From Chloroflexota bacterium (GTDB taxonomy: Bacteria > Chloroflexota > UBA11872 > VXOZ01), in contig CAXXVD010000005.1 in assembly GCA_963662335.2 (NCBI GenBank), positions 384,001 to 448,000 of the forward strand: a DNA stretch of 64,000 nt, given 5' to 3'. Shown here one piece after another: positions 24,887 through 36,015 of this stretch. The first letter of the stretch is position 1. Each line of letters opens with the position of its first letter. A program made the position numbers and the translations under genes. The notes under the pieces are model-generated. The model did no database searches. It saw only the letters and a program-made list of their open reading frames with translations, and was not told the origin of the DNA.

Positions 24887-25207
24887 GTGCAGAGAATTCA
24901 ATCCGGCGACCAGGTGGAAGTAACCCGGGGCAAGGACCGGGGCAAGCGCGGACGGGTGATGCGCGTGCTCCTGGCCGACAAGCGGGTCGTGGTAGAGGGC
25001 GTAAACGTCGTTAAGCGCCACCAGCGGCCCATGCCCCCTATGCAGCCGGGCGGCATTATCGAGATGCCGGCCCCGCTGGCGGAATCGAACGTCATGATCG
25101 TGTGCCCAAACTGCGACCAGGCTGCCCGCGTCGGCTACCGCATCCTGGAAGACGGCAGCAAGGCGCGCGTGTGCAAGCAATGCCAAGAGATAATCGGCCA
25201 AGAGTAA
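24887..25207 (+). CDS. rplX: 50S ribosomal protein L24
   Basis: GDQVEV..GKDRGKRG, VVEGVN, SNV; two CxxC pairs in the C-terminus. Confidence 0.98.
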   Translation: MQRIQSGDQVEVTRGKDRGKRGRVMRVLLADKRVVVEGVNVVKRHQRPMPPMQPGGIIEMPAPLAESNVMIVCPNCDQAARVGYRILEDGSKARVCKQCQEIIGQE

Positions 25208-25216
25208 GGAATTCCG

Positions 25217-25786
25217 ATGGCGGATAAAGCGCAGATGCAACAGCAGTACGAGGACGAGATTCGCGCCGCGATGACGGAAGAGTTTGGGTACGCCAGCGTG
25301 ATGCAGGCGCCGAAGGTTACCAAGGTGGTGCTCAACATCGGCCTCGGCGAGGCATTGCAAGACGCCCGCGCCCTGGACAACGCCGTCGGCGACCTCACCA
25401 CGATTTCCGGGCAGAAGCCCATCGTCACGCGCTCCAAGAAGAGCATCGCAAACTTCAAGCTGCGCGAAGACCAAGCCATCGGGGCCAAGGTGACGCTGCG
25501 CCGCACCCGCATGTACCATTTTCTGGAGAAACTCTTCAATGTCGTCTTCCCGCGCATTCGCGACTTTCGGGGTGTTTCGCCCAACGCGTTCGACGGCCGC
25601 GGCAACTACTCCGTCGGCCTGCGCGAGCAACTGGTGTTCCCGGAAATCAACTACGATGAAGTTGACCGCGTGCGCGGGTTGGAGGTTACGATTGTGACCT
25701 CGGCGCGGACCGATGAAGAAGCCCGCTACCTGCTTCGTGCGCTCGGCATGCCGCTGGCGCAGGAAGCCGCGCAGATCGCAAGCTAG
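25217..25786 (+). CDS. rplE: 50S ribosomal protein L5
   Basis: [34 protein letters not shown]. Confidence 0.99.
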   Translation: MADKAQMQQQYEDEIRAAMTEEFGYASVMQAPKVTKVVLNIGLGEALQDARALDNAVGDLTTISGQKPIVTRSKKSIANFKLREDQAIGAKVTLRRTRMYHFLEKLFNVVFPRIRDFRGVSPNAFDGRGNYSVGLREQLVFPEINYDEVDRVRGLEVTIVTSARTDEEARYLLRALGMPLAQEAAQIAS

Positions 25787-25798
25787 GAGAGCAATTCG

Positions 25799-26008
25799 GT
25801 GGCCAAGAAGTCCAAGATTGCCAAGTGGCGCAAGCAGCGGAAACTGCTGCAAGAAGGCCGTATGCAGCATCCGGTGAAGTTCCGCAACCGCTGCTACCAG
25901 TGCGGCCGTCCGCGCGCCTACATGCGCAAGTTCGGCATGTGCCGCATCTGCTTCCGCGCCGCCGCCTTGCAGGGCTTGCTGCCCGGCGTCACGAAGTCTA
26001 GCTGGTAA
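25799..26008 (+). CDS. rpsN: 30S ribosomal protein S14 (zinc-binding type)
   Basis: [28 protein letters not shown]. Confidence 0.97.
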   Translation: MAKKSKIAKWRKQRKLLQEGRMQHPVKFRNRCYQCGRPRAYMRKFGMCRICFRAAALQGLLPGVTKSSW

Positions 26009-26031
26009 CAACAGGCGAGAGAATACCGACC

Positions 26032-26433
26032 ATGACGATGACCGATCCTATTGCCGATATGCTGACGCGGATCCGCAACGCCATCCAGGCGCGCCATACG
26101 CACGTGACGATACCCGCGTCCAAGATGAAAACCGCGATCCTGAACATTCTCGAAAGAGAAGGGTACATCGGCCGCTTCGAGATCGTAGACCAGGAGAAGC
26201 CGCAGGCCATGCTGCGCGTCAGCCTCAAGTACACCGACGAACGCGATCCGGTGCTCCTGGGACTGCGGCGCGTGAGCAAGCCCGGCCTGCGCGTCTACGC
26301 GGGCAAAGATGAGATACCGCGTGTCATGGGCGGTATCGGCACCGTGATTATCTCCACCTCCTCCGGCGTCATGACCGGCCGCGAGGCGTGGCAGCGGAAG
26401 ATCGGCGGCGAAGTGCTCTGTTACGTTTGGTAA
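26032..26433 (+). CDS. rpsH: 30S ribosomal protein S8
   Basis: [30 protein letters not shown]. Confidence 0.99.
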   Translation: MTMTDPIADMLTRIRNAIQARHTHVTIPASKMKTAILNILEREGYIGRFEIVDQEKPQAMLRVSLKYTDERDPVLLGLRRVSKPGLRVYAGKDEIPRVMGGIGTVIISTSSGVMTGREAWQRKIGGEVLCYVW

Positions 26434-26444
26434 GGTGAGTCGCT

Positions 26445-27002
26445 ATGTCTCGTGTCGGAAAACAACCGGTTCCCATTCCCAGCGGCGTTGACGTGAACGT
26501 GAACGCCGCGGCCGTGCGCGTGAAAGGGCCGAAAGGCGAGTTGCAGATCGACGCCGCGCCCACCATCTCGGTGCGGGTGGCCGATAGCGCCGTGCACGTG
26601 GAGCGCCGGTCGGAGAGCCGCGAAGACCGCGCGCTGCACGGCCTCACCCGCGCGTTGGTGGCAAACATGGTGCAGGGCGTAACGCAGGGATACCGCAAGA
26701 CGCTGGAACTGCACGGGACCGGGTACCGCGCCCAAATGACGGGCGGCAAACTGGTCATGCAACTGGGCCACTCCCATCCGGTCGAATTCGCGCCGCCGCC
26801 GGGCATCGCGCTCGAGGTTGAAAACCCGACCACGATTCACGTCGACGGCATTGACAAGCGCCTGGTGGGGCAGGTGGCGGCGGACATTCGCAAGGCGCGG
26901 CCGGTGGAGATCTACTTAGGCAAGGGCATCCGCTACCGCGGCGAGTACGTGCGCCGCAAGGCCGGCAAGGCCGGCAAGATCGGCGCCGGCGAGGGCGCGT
27001 GA
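26445..27002 (+). CDS. rplF: 50S ribosomal protein L6
   Basis: MSRVGKQP, KGPKGEL, GTGYRA, GKGIRY. Confidence 0.99.
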   Translation: MSRVGKQPVPIPSGVDVNVNAAAVRVKGPKGELQIDAAPTISVRVADSAVHVERRSESREDRALHGLTRALVANMVQGVTQGYRKTLELHGTGYRAQMTGGKLVMQLGHSHPVEFAPPPGIALEVENPTTIHVDGIDKRLVGQVAADIRKARPVEIYLGKGIRYRGEYVRRKAGKAGKIGAGEGA

Positions 27003-27050
27003 ACGAGCAAGAGCACAATTGCGACGTGAGAGCACGAGTAGGATACCAAC

Positions 27051-27446
27051 ATGCGGCTGATACCAGGTAGAAGAGCGCTGAACGCGCGGGCGCGGCGACA
27101 GCGCCGGGTGCGCGCCAAGATACGCGGCGTGGCGGAACGGCCGCGCCTCAACGTCTATCGGAGCAGCCAGCACATCTACGCCCAACTGATAGACGATGCG
27201 GCCCATCACACGCTGGCCGCGGCTTCCACCCTCGATCCGGCGGTGCGCGCGTTGCTGGAGGAAGAGCGGACCGAGGATGCGTCTCCGACGAAAGCGACGC
27301 AGGCCGCAGTCGTCGGGCGGGTCGTGGCCGAGCGCGCCCAGGAAAAGGGCATAGACACCATCGTCTTCGACCGGGGCGGCTACCGCTACCACGGCCGGGT
27401 GCGCGCGCTCGCGGACGCCGCCCGCAAGGCCGGGTTGAAGTTTTGA
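27051..27446 (+). CDS. rplR: 50S ribosomal protein L18
   Basis: [30 protein letters not shown]. Confidence 0.98.
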   Translation: MRLIPGRRALNARARRQRRVRAKIRGVAERPRLNVYRSSQHIYAQLIDDAAHHTLAAASTLDPAVRALLEEERTEDASPTKATQAAVVGRVVAERAQEKGIDTIVFDRGGYRYHGRVRALADAARKAGLKF

Positions 27447-27476
27447 TCAATGTAGAGGCAGACAGGTCGCGTGCTT

Positions 27477-27510
27477 CCGGTAGGGGCACGACGTGTCGCG
27501 CCCCTACCGG
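27477..27510. repeat. GTAG-type REP palindrome (family C) inside the spc operon
   Basis: CCGGTAGGGGCACGACGTGTCGCGCCCCTACCGG. Confidence 0.75.
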
Positions 27511-27585
27511 AAGAGCCGCGCTACTACAAATGGATATGGACTTCCGCCGCAATCGGAATGGCGGAATGGAAAGAGATAGGTGAAA

Positions 27586-28170
27586 ATGCCGGAACGGGTT
27601 TCCATCGATGCGGCAGCCTTGAATCTCGAAGAGCGCTTGGTGAGCGTGAATCGGGTCGCCAAGGTGGTTCGCGGCGGGCGCACCTTCAGCTTCAACGCGG
27701 TGGTCGTGGTTGGCGACGGTGACGGCCACGTCGGCATTGGCATCGGCAAAGCGCGCGAAGTGGCGGAGGCCATTCGCAAAGGCGGCGAGAAGGCGCGCAA
27801 AGCCCTGGTGCGCGTCCCGCTGGCCGGCTCGACCATTCCGCACGACATCACCGCCAAGTTTGGCGCCTCCCGCGTGCTACTCAAGCCGGCCGCGCCCGGC
27901 ACCGGCGTGATTGCCGGCGGGCCCGTGCGCGCCGTCGTCGAGTCCGCGGGCGTGCACGACATTCTCACCAAGTCGCTCGGTTCCAACAACGCCATCAACG
28001 TGGTGCGCGCCACCATGGCGGCGCTCCAGCAGTTGCAGAGTCCCGACGCGGCGTATGCGCGCCTGGGTCGCCTGCGGCGGCGGCGCCCGGCCGCGGCCGG
28101 CGCGGCGCCGGAGCCCGCGCCGGCCGCGGCGGAAGCAAGCGCAGCGGCGGAGGCGGAAAGTGACGACTGA
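27586..28170 (+). CDS. rpsE: 30S ribosomal protein S5
   Basis: [32 protein letters not shown]; start at 27580 or 27586. Confidence 0.98.
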   Translation: MPERVSIDAAALNLEERLVSVNRVAKVVRGGRTFSFNAVVVVGDGDGHVGIGIGKAREVAEAIRKGGEKARKALVRVPLAGSTIPHDITAKFGASRVLLKPAAPGTGVIAGGPVRAVVESAGVHDILTKSLGSNNAINVVRATMAALQQLQSPDAAYARLGRLRRRRPAAAGAAPEPAPAAAEASAAAEAESDD

Positions 28171-28393
28171 TCAGAGTTCGTCAAAAACGCTGCGCATCAC
28201 GCTGCGCAAGAGCCCGATCGGCTTCTCCAAAGACCAGAAGCGAACGGTAGCGGCCCTGGGGCTGAAGAAACGCGAACAGACCGTTGAACAGCACGAGACA
28301 CCGGCCGTGCGCGGGATGATCGAGAAAGTCTCGCATCTCGTGCGCGTCGAGGAAGTCGACGTCTGCGACGACGCCGTCGCAGACGCAGAATAG
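28160..28393 (+). CDS. rpmD: 50S ribosomal protein L30
   Basis: [29 protein letters not shown]; GTG 28160. Confidence 0.95.
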   Translation: MTTDQSSSKTLRITLRKSPIGFSKDQKRTVAALGLKKREQTVEQHETPAVRGMIEKVSHLVRVEEVDVCDDAVADAE

Positions 28394-28405
28394 GACCGGA
28401 TACGC

Positions 28406-28885
28406 ATGAAACGACATGCCCTACACGCACCGAACGGCGCCACGCGGCGGCGCAAGCGCGTCGCGCGCGGGCACGGCGGGCGCGGCCACAAGACTGCCGG
28501 CCGGGGCACCAAGGGACAGAAGTCGCGCTCCCACGCCGGTGTGCCCGCCTGGTTCGAGGGCGGCCAGACGCCGTTCGTCCGCCGCCTGCCCCATCGCCGG
28601 GGCTTCAGCAACGCGCGCTTCCGCATTGTCTACCAGCCGGTGAACGTCGGCGACCTGGCGCGGGTCTTCGAGAGCGGCGCCACGGTTGTGCCGGCGGACG
28701 TCGTAGCGCGGGGACTCGCCCGTTCCACGCAACTCAAAGTGCTCGGCGGCGGCGAGATCGAGCACCCGCTCACCGTGCACGCCCCGAAGTTTTCCCAAGC
28801 CGCCCGCGCGAAGATCGAGGCGGCCGGCGGCGCCTGCAACGAAATCGGCGGGAGCAACGAAGCCGGCAGCGTTGAGGAAGGATAG
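28406..28885 (+). CDS. rplO: 50S ribosomal protein L15
   Basis: KTAGRGTKGQKSR, FEGGQTP, KVLGGG, KIEAAGG. Confidence 0.98.
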   Translation: MKRHALHAPNGATRRRKRVARGHGGRGHKTAGRGTKGQKSRSHAGVPAWFEGGQTPFVRRLPHRRGFSNARFRIVYQPVNVGDLARVFESGATVVPADVVARGLARSTQLKVLGGGEIEHPLTVHAPKFSQAARAKIEAAGGACNEIGGSNEAGSVEEG

Positions 28886-28890
28886 CGCGC

Positions 28891-30228
28891 GTGGCCGTAC
28901 CGACCCCTTCACAGAAGTCGCCGTCGCTCATACAAGCCGCGTTCAACGCCTTCAAGCTGCCCGACATCCGGCGCAAGCTGCTCTTCACCTTGGCCTTGTT
29001 GGCCGTCTTCCGCTTCGTGGCGCACATTCCCGTGCCGGGCGTAGACCGGGAAGCGCTGCGGGAACTCTTCCAGCAGCAGCAGTTTCTCGGACTGCTCGAC
29101 ATGTTCTCCGGCGGCGCGTTGGCCAACTTCTCTATCGTCGCAATGGGGGTCTACCCCTACATCACCGCCACCATCATCATGCAGCTTATGACGCCGGTCA
29201 TACCGGCCCTGCAGCAGATGTCGCGCGAGGGCGGCGATAGCGCGCGGCAGCGCATGAACCAGTACATGCGCATCGGCACGGTGCCTTTGGCGGTCTTGTC
29301 CGCGTTTGGTCAAGCCACGATCTTTACCCAGATGGGTGTCATTCGCGGCTTCAATCTCTTCAACGGCGAGACCTTTCTCAGCAGCCTGGCGCTGATCATC
29401 AGCATGACCGCGGGCACGATGTTTCTCGTCTGGCTCGGTGAACTCATCACGGAGAACGGCATCGGACAGGGCATCTCGCTCATCATCTTCGCCGGTATCG
29501 TCGCGCGGCTGCCCACCACCATCGGCCAGGCCGTGCTCGGCCAGACCGGCGGCACCGCTACCCTCACGCTCTTCATCATTGGCGCGCTCGCCATTCTCAT
29601 CGTGGTCGGCATCGTGGTGATGTATGAAGCGCAGCGGCGGATTCCCGTCCACTATGCGAAGCGCATGCACGGCCGCCGCCAATACGGCGGGCAAACCACC
29701 CACATACCGCTCAAGATCAACTCCGCGGGGATGATTCCCCTCATCTTCGCCATCTCCTTCCTGATCTTTCCCAGCACCGTCGCCAGCTATTTTCAGGCGG
29801 CCGACGCCGGCTGGATTCGCGGCGTCTCCGCCTTCGTCATGAACGCCTTCGACCCGCAGGGGCCGCTCTACTGGGCGCTCTATTTCCTCCTGGTCGTTGC
29901 CTTTACCTACTTCTACACCGCCATCATCTTCCAGCAGCAAAACATCCCGGACGTGCTCCAAAAGAACGGTGGTTTCATCCCCGGCATTCGTCCGGGGCGG
30001 CCAACGTCGCAGTATCTCAATAGCGTCATCTTTCGCATCACCCTAGCCGGCGCCCTCTTCCTGGGGCTCATCGCGGTTTCGCCCTTCATCATCCAGGGTT
30101 TCACCGGCGTGCAGGCGCTCATGTTGAGCAGCACCGGCATGCTCATCGTCGTCGGCGTCGTGCAGGACACGATGAAGAACCTGGAGGCGCAGTTGCTCAT
30201 GCGCCAGTACGAAGGGTTCTTGCGGTAG
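28891..30228 (+). CDS. secY: Preprotein translocase SecY
   Basis: HIPVPG, FSGGAL, MGVYPYITA, WLGELITE.GIG, IPGIRPG. Confidence 0.99.
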   Translation: MAVPTPSQKSPSLIQAAFNAFKLPDIRRKLLFTLALLAVFRFVAHIPVPGVDREALRELFQQQQFLGLLDMFSGGALANFSIVAMGVYPYITATIIMQLMTPVIPALQQMSREGGDSARQRMNQYMRIGTVPLAVLSAFGQATIFTQMGVIRGFNLFNGETFLSSLALIISMTAGTMFLVWLGELITENGIGQGISLIIFAGIVARLPTTIGQAVLGQTGGTATLTLFIIGALAILIVVGIVVMYEAQRRIPVHYAKRMHGRRQYGGQTTHIPLKINSAGMIPLIFAISFLIFPSTVASYFQAADAGWIRGVSAFVMNAFDPQGPLYWALYFLLVVAFTYFYTAIIFQQQNIPDVLQKNGGFIPGIRPGRPTSQYLNSVIFRITLAGALFLGLIAVSPFIIQGFTGVQALMLSSTGMLIVVGVVQDTMKNLEAQLLMRQYEGFLR

Positions 30229-30944
30229 TGTCGAAGCCGAACTCGTCCAGGACTCCGACCGCAGCGCACACGACGAACGTGGCGCAAAGGCTCAACCTCA
30301 TCCTCCTCGGCCCGCCGGGCGCGGGCAAGGGCACGCAGGCGCGCGCCATCGCCGCCCATCTCGGCCTGCATCACCTCGCCACCGGCGAACTCTTCCGCCA
30401 ACACATGCGGCGCCGGACCCCGCTTGGCGCGCAGGCCCGGGACTACTACGACCGCGGCGCGTACGTGCCGGACAACCTCGTGGTCGCCATGGTGCGCGAG
30501 GAACTCGCGGCGCTCGACCCGGAGAGCGGCCTCGTGCTGGATGGCTTCCCGCGCACCGTGGCGCAAGCCGAGGCGCTGGAGCAGATCCTGCGAGAGCGCC
30601 GGCAGCGCGTAGACGCGGTCATCGAGCTTGCCAGCGATACCGAAGAGATTGTGCGGCGCGCCCAGGGCCGCCGCGTGTGCCCCCAGGGGCATACCTACCA
30701 CACGGTGAATAACCCGCCCCGCGCCGCCGGCCGCTGCGATGTTGACGACCTGCCGCTGCAGCAGCGCGTTGACGACCGGCCGGAAACGGTGCGCACGCGC
30801 ATCGAGACCTACCGCACAGAGACCCAACCGCTCATCGCTTTCTATGGAGAGCGAGGTCTCTTGCGCAGCGTGGACGGCGCCCGGCCCATCGAGAAGGTAA
30901 CAGAGCGTATCCAGGCCGTGTTGGACGGCATTGGCGTGTGCTGA
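30228..30944 (+). CDS. adk: Adenylate kinase
   Basis: GPPGAGKGTQA, LDGFPRT, QRVDD; exact start uncertain. Confidence 0.96.
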   Translation: MSKPNSSRTPTAAHTTNVAQRLNLILLGPPGAGKGTQARAIAAHLGLHHLATGELFRQHMRRRTPLGAQARDYYDRGAYVPDNLVVAMVREELAALDPESGLVLDGFPRTVAQAEALEQILRERRQRVDAVIELASDTEEIVRRAQGRRVCPQGHTYHTVNNPPRAAGRCDVDDLPLQQRVDDRPETVRTRIETYRTETQPLIAFYGERGLLRSVDGARPIEKVTERIQAVLDGIGVC

Positions 30945-30980
30945 CAACACGTCGAAGAAGAACGGACCAAGCGTGTACGA

Positions 30981-31739
30981 ATGACGAAAGCAATACAACT
31001 CAAGACCCCGCGCCAGTTGCGCTACATGCGCCAAGCGGGTAAGATAGTAGCAGAAGTCCTTGCGCTTCTCGGCGAGCATGTGGCGCCCGGCGCGACAACG
31101 GCGGAGTTGGACGCCCTGGCGGAAGCCGAGATACGAAAGCGCGGGGCTATGCCGTCTTTCAAGGGGTATCACGGCTACCCGGGTACGATTTGCGCGTCGG
31201 TCAATGAGCAAATCGTGCATGGCATTCCCGGTGAATACCGGCTGCAAGAAGGGGACATTCTCAGCATCGACGTTGGCGCGATCTACAAGGGTTGGCACGG
31301 CGACGCGGCGCTGACCTACGCGGTGGGCCGGCCCAGCGCGGAGGCCGAGCGTGTCATGGCCGCGACGCGGGAAGCGTTGCGGCGCGGTATCGAGGCGGCG
31401 TCGCCTGAAAACCGCCTGGGCGACATTGGCTTCGCCATTCAGTCCTGGGTGGAGGCGCAGGGATTCGCCGTGGTACAGGGATTCTGCGGCCATGGCATTG
31501 GCCGGGCGCTGCACGAGTCTCCCGAAGTGCACAATACCGGCGCGGCCGGGGCGGGGGTCAAGCTCCGGCCCGGCATGACGATTGCCATCGAGCCAATGGT
31601 CGCGGTGGGAGATCCGGGCGTCATCGTGCTGGACGACGGCTGGACGGCCGTAACGGCGGACGGCAGCCTCTCCGCCCACTACGAGCACTCGATCGTCATT
31701 ACGAACAACGGCCCGGAGATTTTGACCCGCGTTGCCTAG
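30981..31739 (+). CDS. map: Type I methionine aminopeptidase
   Basis: SVNEQIVHGIP, GWHGD, GHGIG..LHE, AIEPM, SAHYEH. Confidence 0.98.
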   Translation: MTKAIQLKTPRQLRYMRQAGKIVAEVLALLGEHVAPGATTAELDALAEAEIRKRGAMPSFKGYHGYPGTICASVNEQIVHGIPGEYRLQEGDILSIDVGAIYKGWHGDAALTYAVGRPSAEAERVMAATREALRRGIEAASPENRLGDIGFAIQSWVEAQGFAVVQGFCGHGIGRALHESPEVHNTGAAGAGVKLRPGMTIAIEPMVAVGDPGVIVLDDGWTAVTADGSLSAHYEHSIVITNNGPEILTRVA

Positions 31740-31763
31740 CGCCGCAGGTTTTTGGAGTTTGGT

Positions 31764-31988
31764 GTGCCGAAGAAGAAGGACACGATCGAGATTGAAGGCG
31801 TGGTGCGGGACGTCCTGCCAAACGCCGTCTTTCGTGTCGAGCTTGACAATGGACATGAAGTCACCGCCCACCTTTCGGGCAAGTTGCGGCTCAACTTCAT
31901 CCGGGTCGGCGCCGGCGATCGGGTTACGGTGGAACTTTCACCGTACGACCTTACCCGCGGCCGGATTACGTGGCGAGGGAGGAGGTAA
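31764..31988 (+). CDS. infA: Translation initiation factor IF-1
   Basis: [28 protein letters not shown]. Confidence 0.98.
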   Translation: MPKKKDTIEIEGVVRDVLPNAVFRVELDNGHEVTAHLSGKLRLNFIRVGAGDRVTVELSPYDLTRGRITWRGRR

Positions 31989-31993
31989 GCCTC

Positions 31994-32107
31994 ATGAAGG
32001 TACAAGCGTCGGTCAGGCGGCGTTGTGAGAAATGCAAGGTGGTACGACGCAAACGGGTGGTGCGCATCATCTGCGCGAATCCCAAGCACAAGCAGCGCCA
32101 GGGCTAG
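31994..32107 (+). CDS. rpmJ: 50S ribosomal protein L36
   Basis: Below ORF-track cutoff. Manual translation [37 protein letters not shown]. Confidence 0.97.
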   Translation: MKVQASVRRRCEKCKVVRRKRVVRIICANPKHKQRQG

Positions 32108-32163
32108 ACCGGGGACGGCGAGACCAAAGTGGGCCGCACGTTGTTCACAGGAGGAGGAGCAGC

Positions 32164-32544
32164 ATGGCACGCATTGTAGGCGTAGACCTACCGCGCGAGA
32201 AGCACATCTGGGTCGGGCTGACCTACATCTACGGCATTGGCCGCACCACCGCCTACTCCATACTGGAGAGAGCACAGGTGGAGCCCGCCACGAAAGTGCA
32301 GGACCTCACTGAAGACGAGGTGAATCGCATTCGCGAGGCCGTCGGCAGCCTCACGCTGGAAGGCGACCTGCGCCGTGAGGTACAGCAAAACATCGGACGG
32401 CTCATCGAAATCGGCTGCTATCGCGGCATGAGGCACCGGCGCGGCCTGCCGACGCAGGGCCAGCGCACGCGCACCAACGCGCGCACCCGCAAGGGACGGC
32501 CCAAGACTGTAGCCGGCCGCAAGCGCGCAATCGTCAAGAAGTAA
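32164..32544 (+). CDS. rpsM: 30S ribosomal protein S13
   Basis: [35 protein letters not shown]. Confidence 0.99.
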   Translation: MARIVGVDLPREKHIWVGLTYIYGIGRTTAYSILERAQVEPATKVQDLTEDEVNRIREAVGSLTLEGDLRREVQQNIGRLIEIGCYRGMRHRRGLPTQGQRTRTNARTRKGRPKTVAGRKRAIVKK

Positions 32545-32566
32545 GCTCGAACAGAGGGAATGGTTC

Positions 32567-32956
32567 ATGCCGGAGACTCGCACACGTTCACGTCGGCGCG
32601 AACGACGCACCGTAGCGCGCGGCAAGGCATTCGTCAAGTCTACGTTCAACAACACGCTCATCACGATTACGGACATGAACGGGAATACCCTGTGCTGGGC
32701 CAGCTCCGGCTCGGCCGGCTTCAAGGGTTCTCGCAAAGGCACGCCCTATGCCGCGCAAGTAGCGGCGGAAACGGTAGCGCGCAAGGCCGCGGACTTTGGC
32801 ATGGGCCAGGTGGAGATCTCCGTGAAAGGGCCGGGTTCCGGCCGCGAATCCGCCATCCGTTCGCTCCAGGCCGGCGGCCTGCAAGTAGTGAGCATTACCG
32901 ACGTGACGCCGGTGCCGCACAACGGCCCCCGGCCACCCCGGCGCCGGCGCGTGTAG
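32567..32956 (+). CDS. rpsK: 30S ribosomal protein S11
   Basis: [33 protein letters not shown]. Confidence 0.99.
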   Translation: MPETRTRSRRRERRTVARGKAFVKSTFNNTLITITDMNGNTLCWASSGSAGFKGSRKGTPYAAQVAAETVARKAADFGMGQVEISVKGPGSGRESAIRSLQAGGLQVVSITDVTPVPHNGPRPPRRRRV

Positions 32957-33058
32957 CCGGCTTCTTGTGAGAGTGAAGCGACTTCGACCGAGTCGGCGAC
33001 TTCGACCAAATCGGCGTTCTTGACAAAGTAAGCAGAGCACGAGTTTCGAGGAGAATCT

Positions 33059-33688
33059 ATGGCACGTTACGTTGGCCCCGTGTGTCGGCTGTGCCGCCGG
33101 GAAGGGCAGAAGCTCTTCCTCAAAGGCGACAAGTGCTTCACGCCCAAGTGCCCCGTGGAGAAGCGCAAGAATCCGCCGGGTATGCACGGCCAGATGCGGC
33201 GCAGGCTGTCGGATTACGGCATGCGCCTGCGGGAGAAGCAGAAAGCCCGGCGCATGTACGGCATATTCGAGCGCCAGTTTCGCAAGTACTTCGCGCTTGC
33301 CTCGTCCCGGCCGGGCGTGACGGGCGCGACTCTCCTGCAGTTGCTCGAAAGCCGGCTCGACAACGTCGTCTATCGCCTGGGGTTCGCCTCATCCCGCGCC
33401 GCGGCGCGGCAGGTCGTGCGCCACGGCCACTTCACCCTCAACGGCCGCAAGTGCGACATTCCCTCGGCCCTGGTTGCCGAAGGCGACGTGATAGGCGTGA
33501 AGTCGAACAGCCGCAACAACGAATACTTCAAGCTCGTCACCGCGCGGCTCGACTCGGTAGCAGTGCCCAATTGGCTCGCCACCGACCGGGAGAAGCTGGA
33601 AGGCAAAGTGCTCGCCTTGCCAACGCGGCAGGAGATCGACGCCGACCTGAAGGAACAACTGATCGTCGAGTACTACTCCCGTCGTTAA
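33059..33688 (+). CDS. rpsD: 30S ribosomal protein S4 (zinc-binding type)
   Basis: [40 protein letters not shown]. Confidence 0.99.
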   Translation: MARYVGPVCRLCRREGQKLFLKGDKCFTPKCPVEKRKNPPGMHGQMRRRLSDYGMRLREKQKARRMYGIFERQFRKYFALASSRPGVTGATLLQLLESRLDNVVYRLGFASSRAAARQVVRHGHFTLNGRKCDIPSALVAEGDVIGVKSNSRNNEYFKLVTARLDSVAVPNWLATDREKLEGKVLALPTRQEIDADLKEQLIVEYYSRR

Positions 33689-33795
33689 GCGATCCGCCCG
33701 CTCCACCGGCGCATGGAAGGAGTGGGCCGCTTTTCGCGTTTTCAACAAAGTCAGCAAAGCCATACGCACGCCTGTGTACTGGGAGGTAATTCCCG

Positions 33796-34761
33796 TTGGA
33801 ACTGCAGGAAGTACAACCCGAAGTCAGAGTCATTGAACGTGAAGACAACTCCGGCCATTTCCGCATCGAGCCGCTGAAGCGGGGCTACGGCCATACACTG
33901 GGCAATGCCCTGCGCCGCGTGCTCCTCTCGTCGCTGCCGGGCGCCGCCATTTCATCAATTCGCATTACCGGGGTACTCCACGAGTTTGCCGACGTTCTCG
34001 GCGTAACCGAAGACGTAACGCAAATCATACTCAACGTCAAACGAATCCGACTTACGTGCACCACCGCTCAGCCGGTAGAACTCTACCTTTCCGTCAAGCG
34101 CGCCGGCGTAGCCACCGCCGCGGACATCCAGTGTCCGCCCGAGGTCAACATCGTCAATCCAGAGCAACACCTGGCAACGCTGGATGCCGACGACGCCGAA
34201 TTGGAAATGTACATGACGGTGGAACAGGGCATTGGCTTTACGCTCTCCGATACGCAGGAGGATACGCCCATCGGCGTTATCCCCGTGGACGCGATCTTCA
34301 CCCCAATCCGCCGCGTGGAGTACCGGGTGGAACACGCCCGCGTCGGCCAGGTAACCGACCTGGACGCGCTTATCATCCGCGTGTGGACCGACGGCACGCT
34401 GACGCCGGAGACGGCGCTGAGCCAGAGCGGCCAGATACTGTGCGACTACTTTGCGCTCATCAGCGGCTTTCACCCGCTTGCGCAACGCATCGAAGTGGGG
34501 ATCGCCCGGCCGGATCCGATTGCGTCAACACCGCTGGAATCGCTGCAACTCCAGAACCGCGCGTACAACGCCCTGCGGCGCGGCGGCATCAGCACCGTGG
34601 AGCAACTCCTGGCCATGGACGAAGACAGCTTGCTGAAGATTCAAGGCTTGGGCGAGAAGACTCTCTCCGAAGTCAAGGAGAAACTGGCGCAGAGCGACCT
34701 CTTCCTCACGGAATCGAACGGCGCAGAGGGCGCTGAGGAAGTAGAGGAGGTGCCCGTGTGA
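33796..34761 (+). CDS. rpoA: RNA polymerase alpha subunit
   Basis: EPLKRGYGHTLGNALRRVLLSS, PVDAIFTP, CTD motif RAYNALRRGGI; TTG start after GGAGG. Confidence 0.98.
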   Translation: MELQEVQPEVRVIEREDNSGHFRIEPLKRGYGHTLGNALRRVLLSSLPGAAISSIRITGVLHEFADVLGVTEDVTQIILNVKRIRLTCTTAQPVELYLSVKRAGVATAADIQCPPEVNIVNPEQHLATLDADDAELEMYMTVEQGIGFTLSDTQEDTPIGVIPVDAIFTPIRRVEYRVEHARVGQVTDLDALIIRVWTDGTLTPETALSQSGQILCDYFALISGFHPLAQRIEVGIARPDPIASTPLESLQLQNRAYNALRRGGISTVEQLLAMDEDSLLKIQGLGEKTLSEVKEKLAQSDLFLTESNGAEGAEEVEEVPV

Positions 34762-35111
34762 GAAAGCGAGTTTACGTACGCCGGCTCAACCGCGCGCAAG
34801 GCAAGCGCGAGGCGCTCTGCCGCAGTTTGCTGAGCACGCTGGTGCTCAACGGCCAGGTGCACACCACGTCGGCCCGCGCCAAGGAGGTTCGTTCCCGCGT
34901 GGAGCGGCTCATCTCTCTGGCGAAGCGCGGCGATCTGCATGCCCGGCGGCTGGCGCTCTCACGCCTTCCCGATCGAGAGGCGGTGAGCCATCTCTTCGAA
35001 GAGCTTGGCCCGCGCTACGCCGACCGGCCGGGCGGGTACACGCGCACCTTCCGTTTGGGTACGCGCCGCGGCGACGGCGCGCCCGTGATGATGGTGCAGT
35101 TGGTCGAGTAA
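34758..35111 (+). CDS. rplQ: 50S ribosomal protein L17
   Basis: TT..RAKE, LHARR, RPGGYTR, RRGDGAP. Confidence 0.96.
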   Translation: MRKRVYVRRLNRAQGKREALCRSLLSTLVLNGQVHTTSARAKEVRSRVERLISLAKRGDLHARRLALSRLPDREAVSHLFEELGPRYADRPGGYTRTFRLGTRRGDGAPVMMVQLVE

Positions 35112-35211
35112 CACGCCGCGCGACCGTGCGCCAGGCGCTCGCCGGCGCGGCATGATGTAGAATAGGAGCAGGCCGAGAACGCAAGAGAAACGCACGCACG
35201 ACTTTGGGTCA

Positions 35212-36015
35212 ATGGCTCGCCCGGGAACCGGCGGCGCGCGCAAGTTTCGCTGCCGCGTGGCATACGACGGCACACCGTACAGCGGCTTTCAAGCGCAGCC
35301 CGGCCGGCCCACGGTACAGCAGGAATTGGAAGCGGCGCTGCAGCGCATTACGCGCCGCGCCACCCGCGTTGTACCCGCGGGACGAACGGACGCCGGGGTG
35401 CACGCGACCGGACAGGTGATCCACTTCCTCTCCGGCTGGCGGCACGAGGCAGCGGCGCTCGAGCGCGCGTTGAACGCCGTACTGCCGGAGACTGTGGCCG
35501 TGGCCGGGTTGGCGGAAGCGGACCCGGCGTTTCACGCCCGCTACAGCGCGCGCAGCCGGCGGTACCGGTACGACATTTGGAACGGCCCGCGCCGCTCTCC
35601 CATGCGGCAACGGTACACGCTCCACCGCGCCCGGCCGCTGGACGCGGGCGCAATGCACGCGGCGCTGCAACTCCTGGTGGGCACGCACGACTTTCGGGCG
35701 TTTGCCGCGGGTGAAGACGCGGCAGTGTGTACGGTGCGCGCGGTAATCCGCGCGGCCTGCCAACGCGAGGGCGAATTGGTGCGCGTCTACGTTGAGGCGA
35801 ACGCGTTCGTGCGCCACATGATGCGCCGCATTGTTGGCACACTATTGGAAATTGGGGAAGGACGCAAACCCCCAGCACATTTGGAACGAGTGGTGCGCAG
35901 CGGAGACAAGGCGCTGGCCGGCCCAACGGCCCCGGCCAGAGGGCTCTGCCTCATTCGGGTTTCGTACCCCGACGCGCCCGCCCTGGAGACGATGAAAGAG
36001 GACCACAAAGCATGA
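35212..36015 (+). CDS. truA: tRNA pseudouridine(38-40) synthase
   Basis: [41 protein letters not shown]. Confidence 0.97.
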   Translation: MARPGTGGARKFRCRVAYDGTPYSGFQAQPGRPTVQQELEAALQRITRRATRVVPAGRTDAGVHATGQVIHFLSGWRHEAAALERALNAVLPETVAVAGLAEADPAFHARYSARSRRYRYDIWNGPRRSPMRQRYTLHRARPLDAGAMHAALQLLVGTHDFRAFAAGEDAAVCTVRAVIRAACQREGELVRVYVEANAFVRHMMRRIVGTLLEIGEGRKPPAHLERVVRSGDKALAGPTAPARGLCLIRVSYPDAPALETMKEDHKA

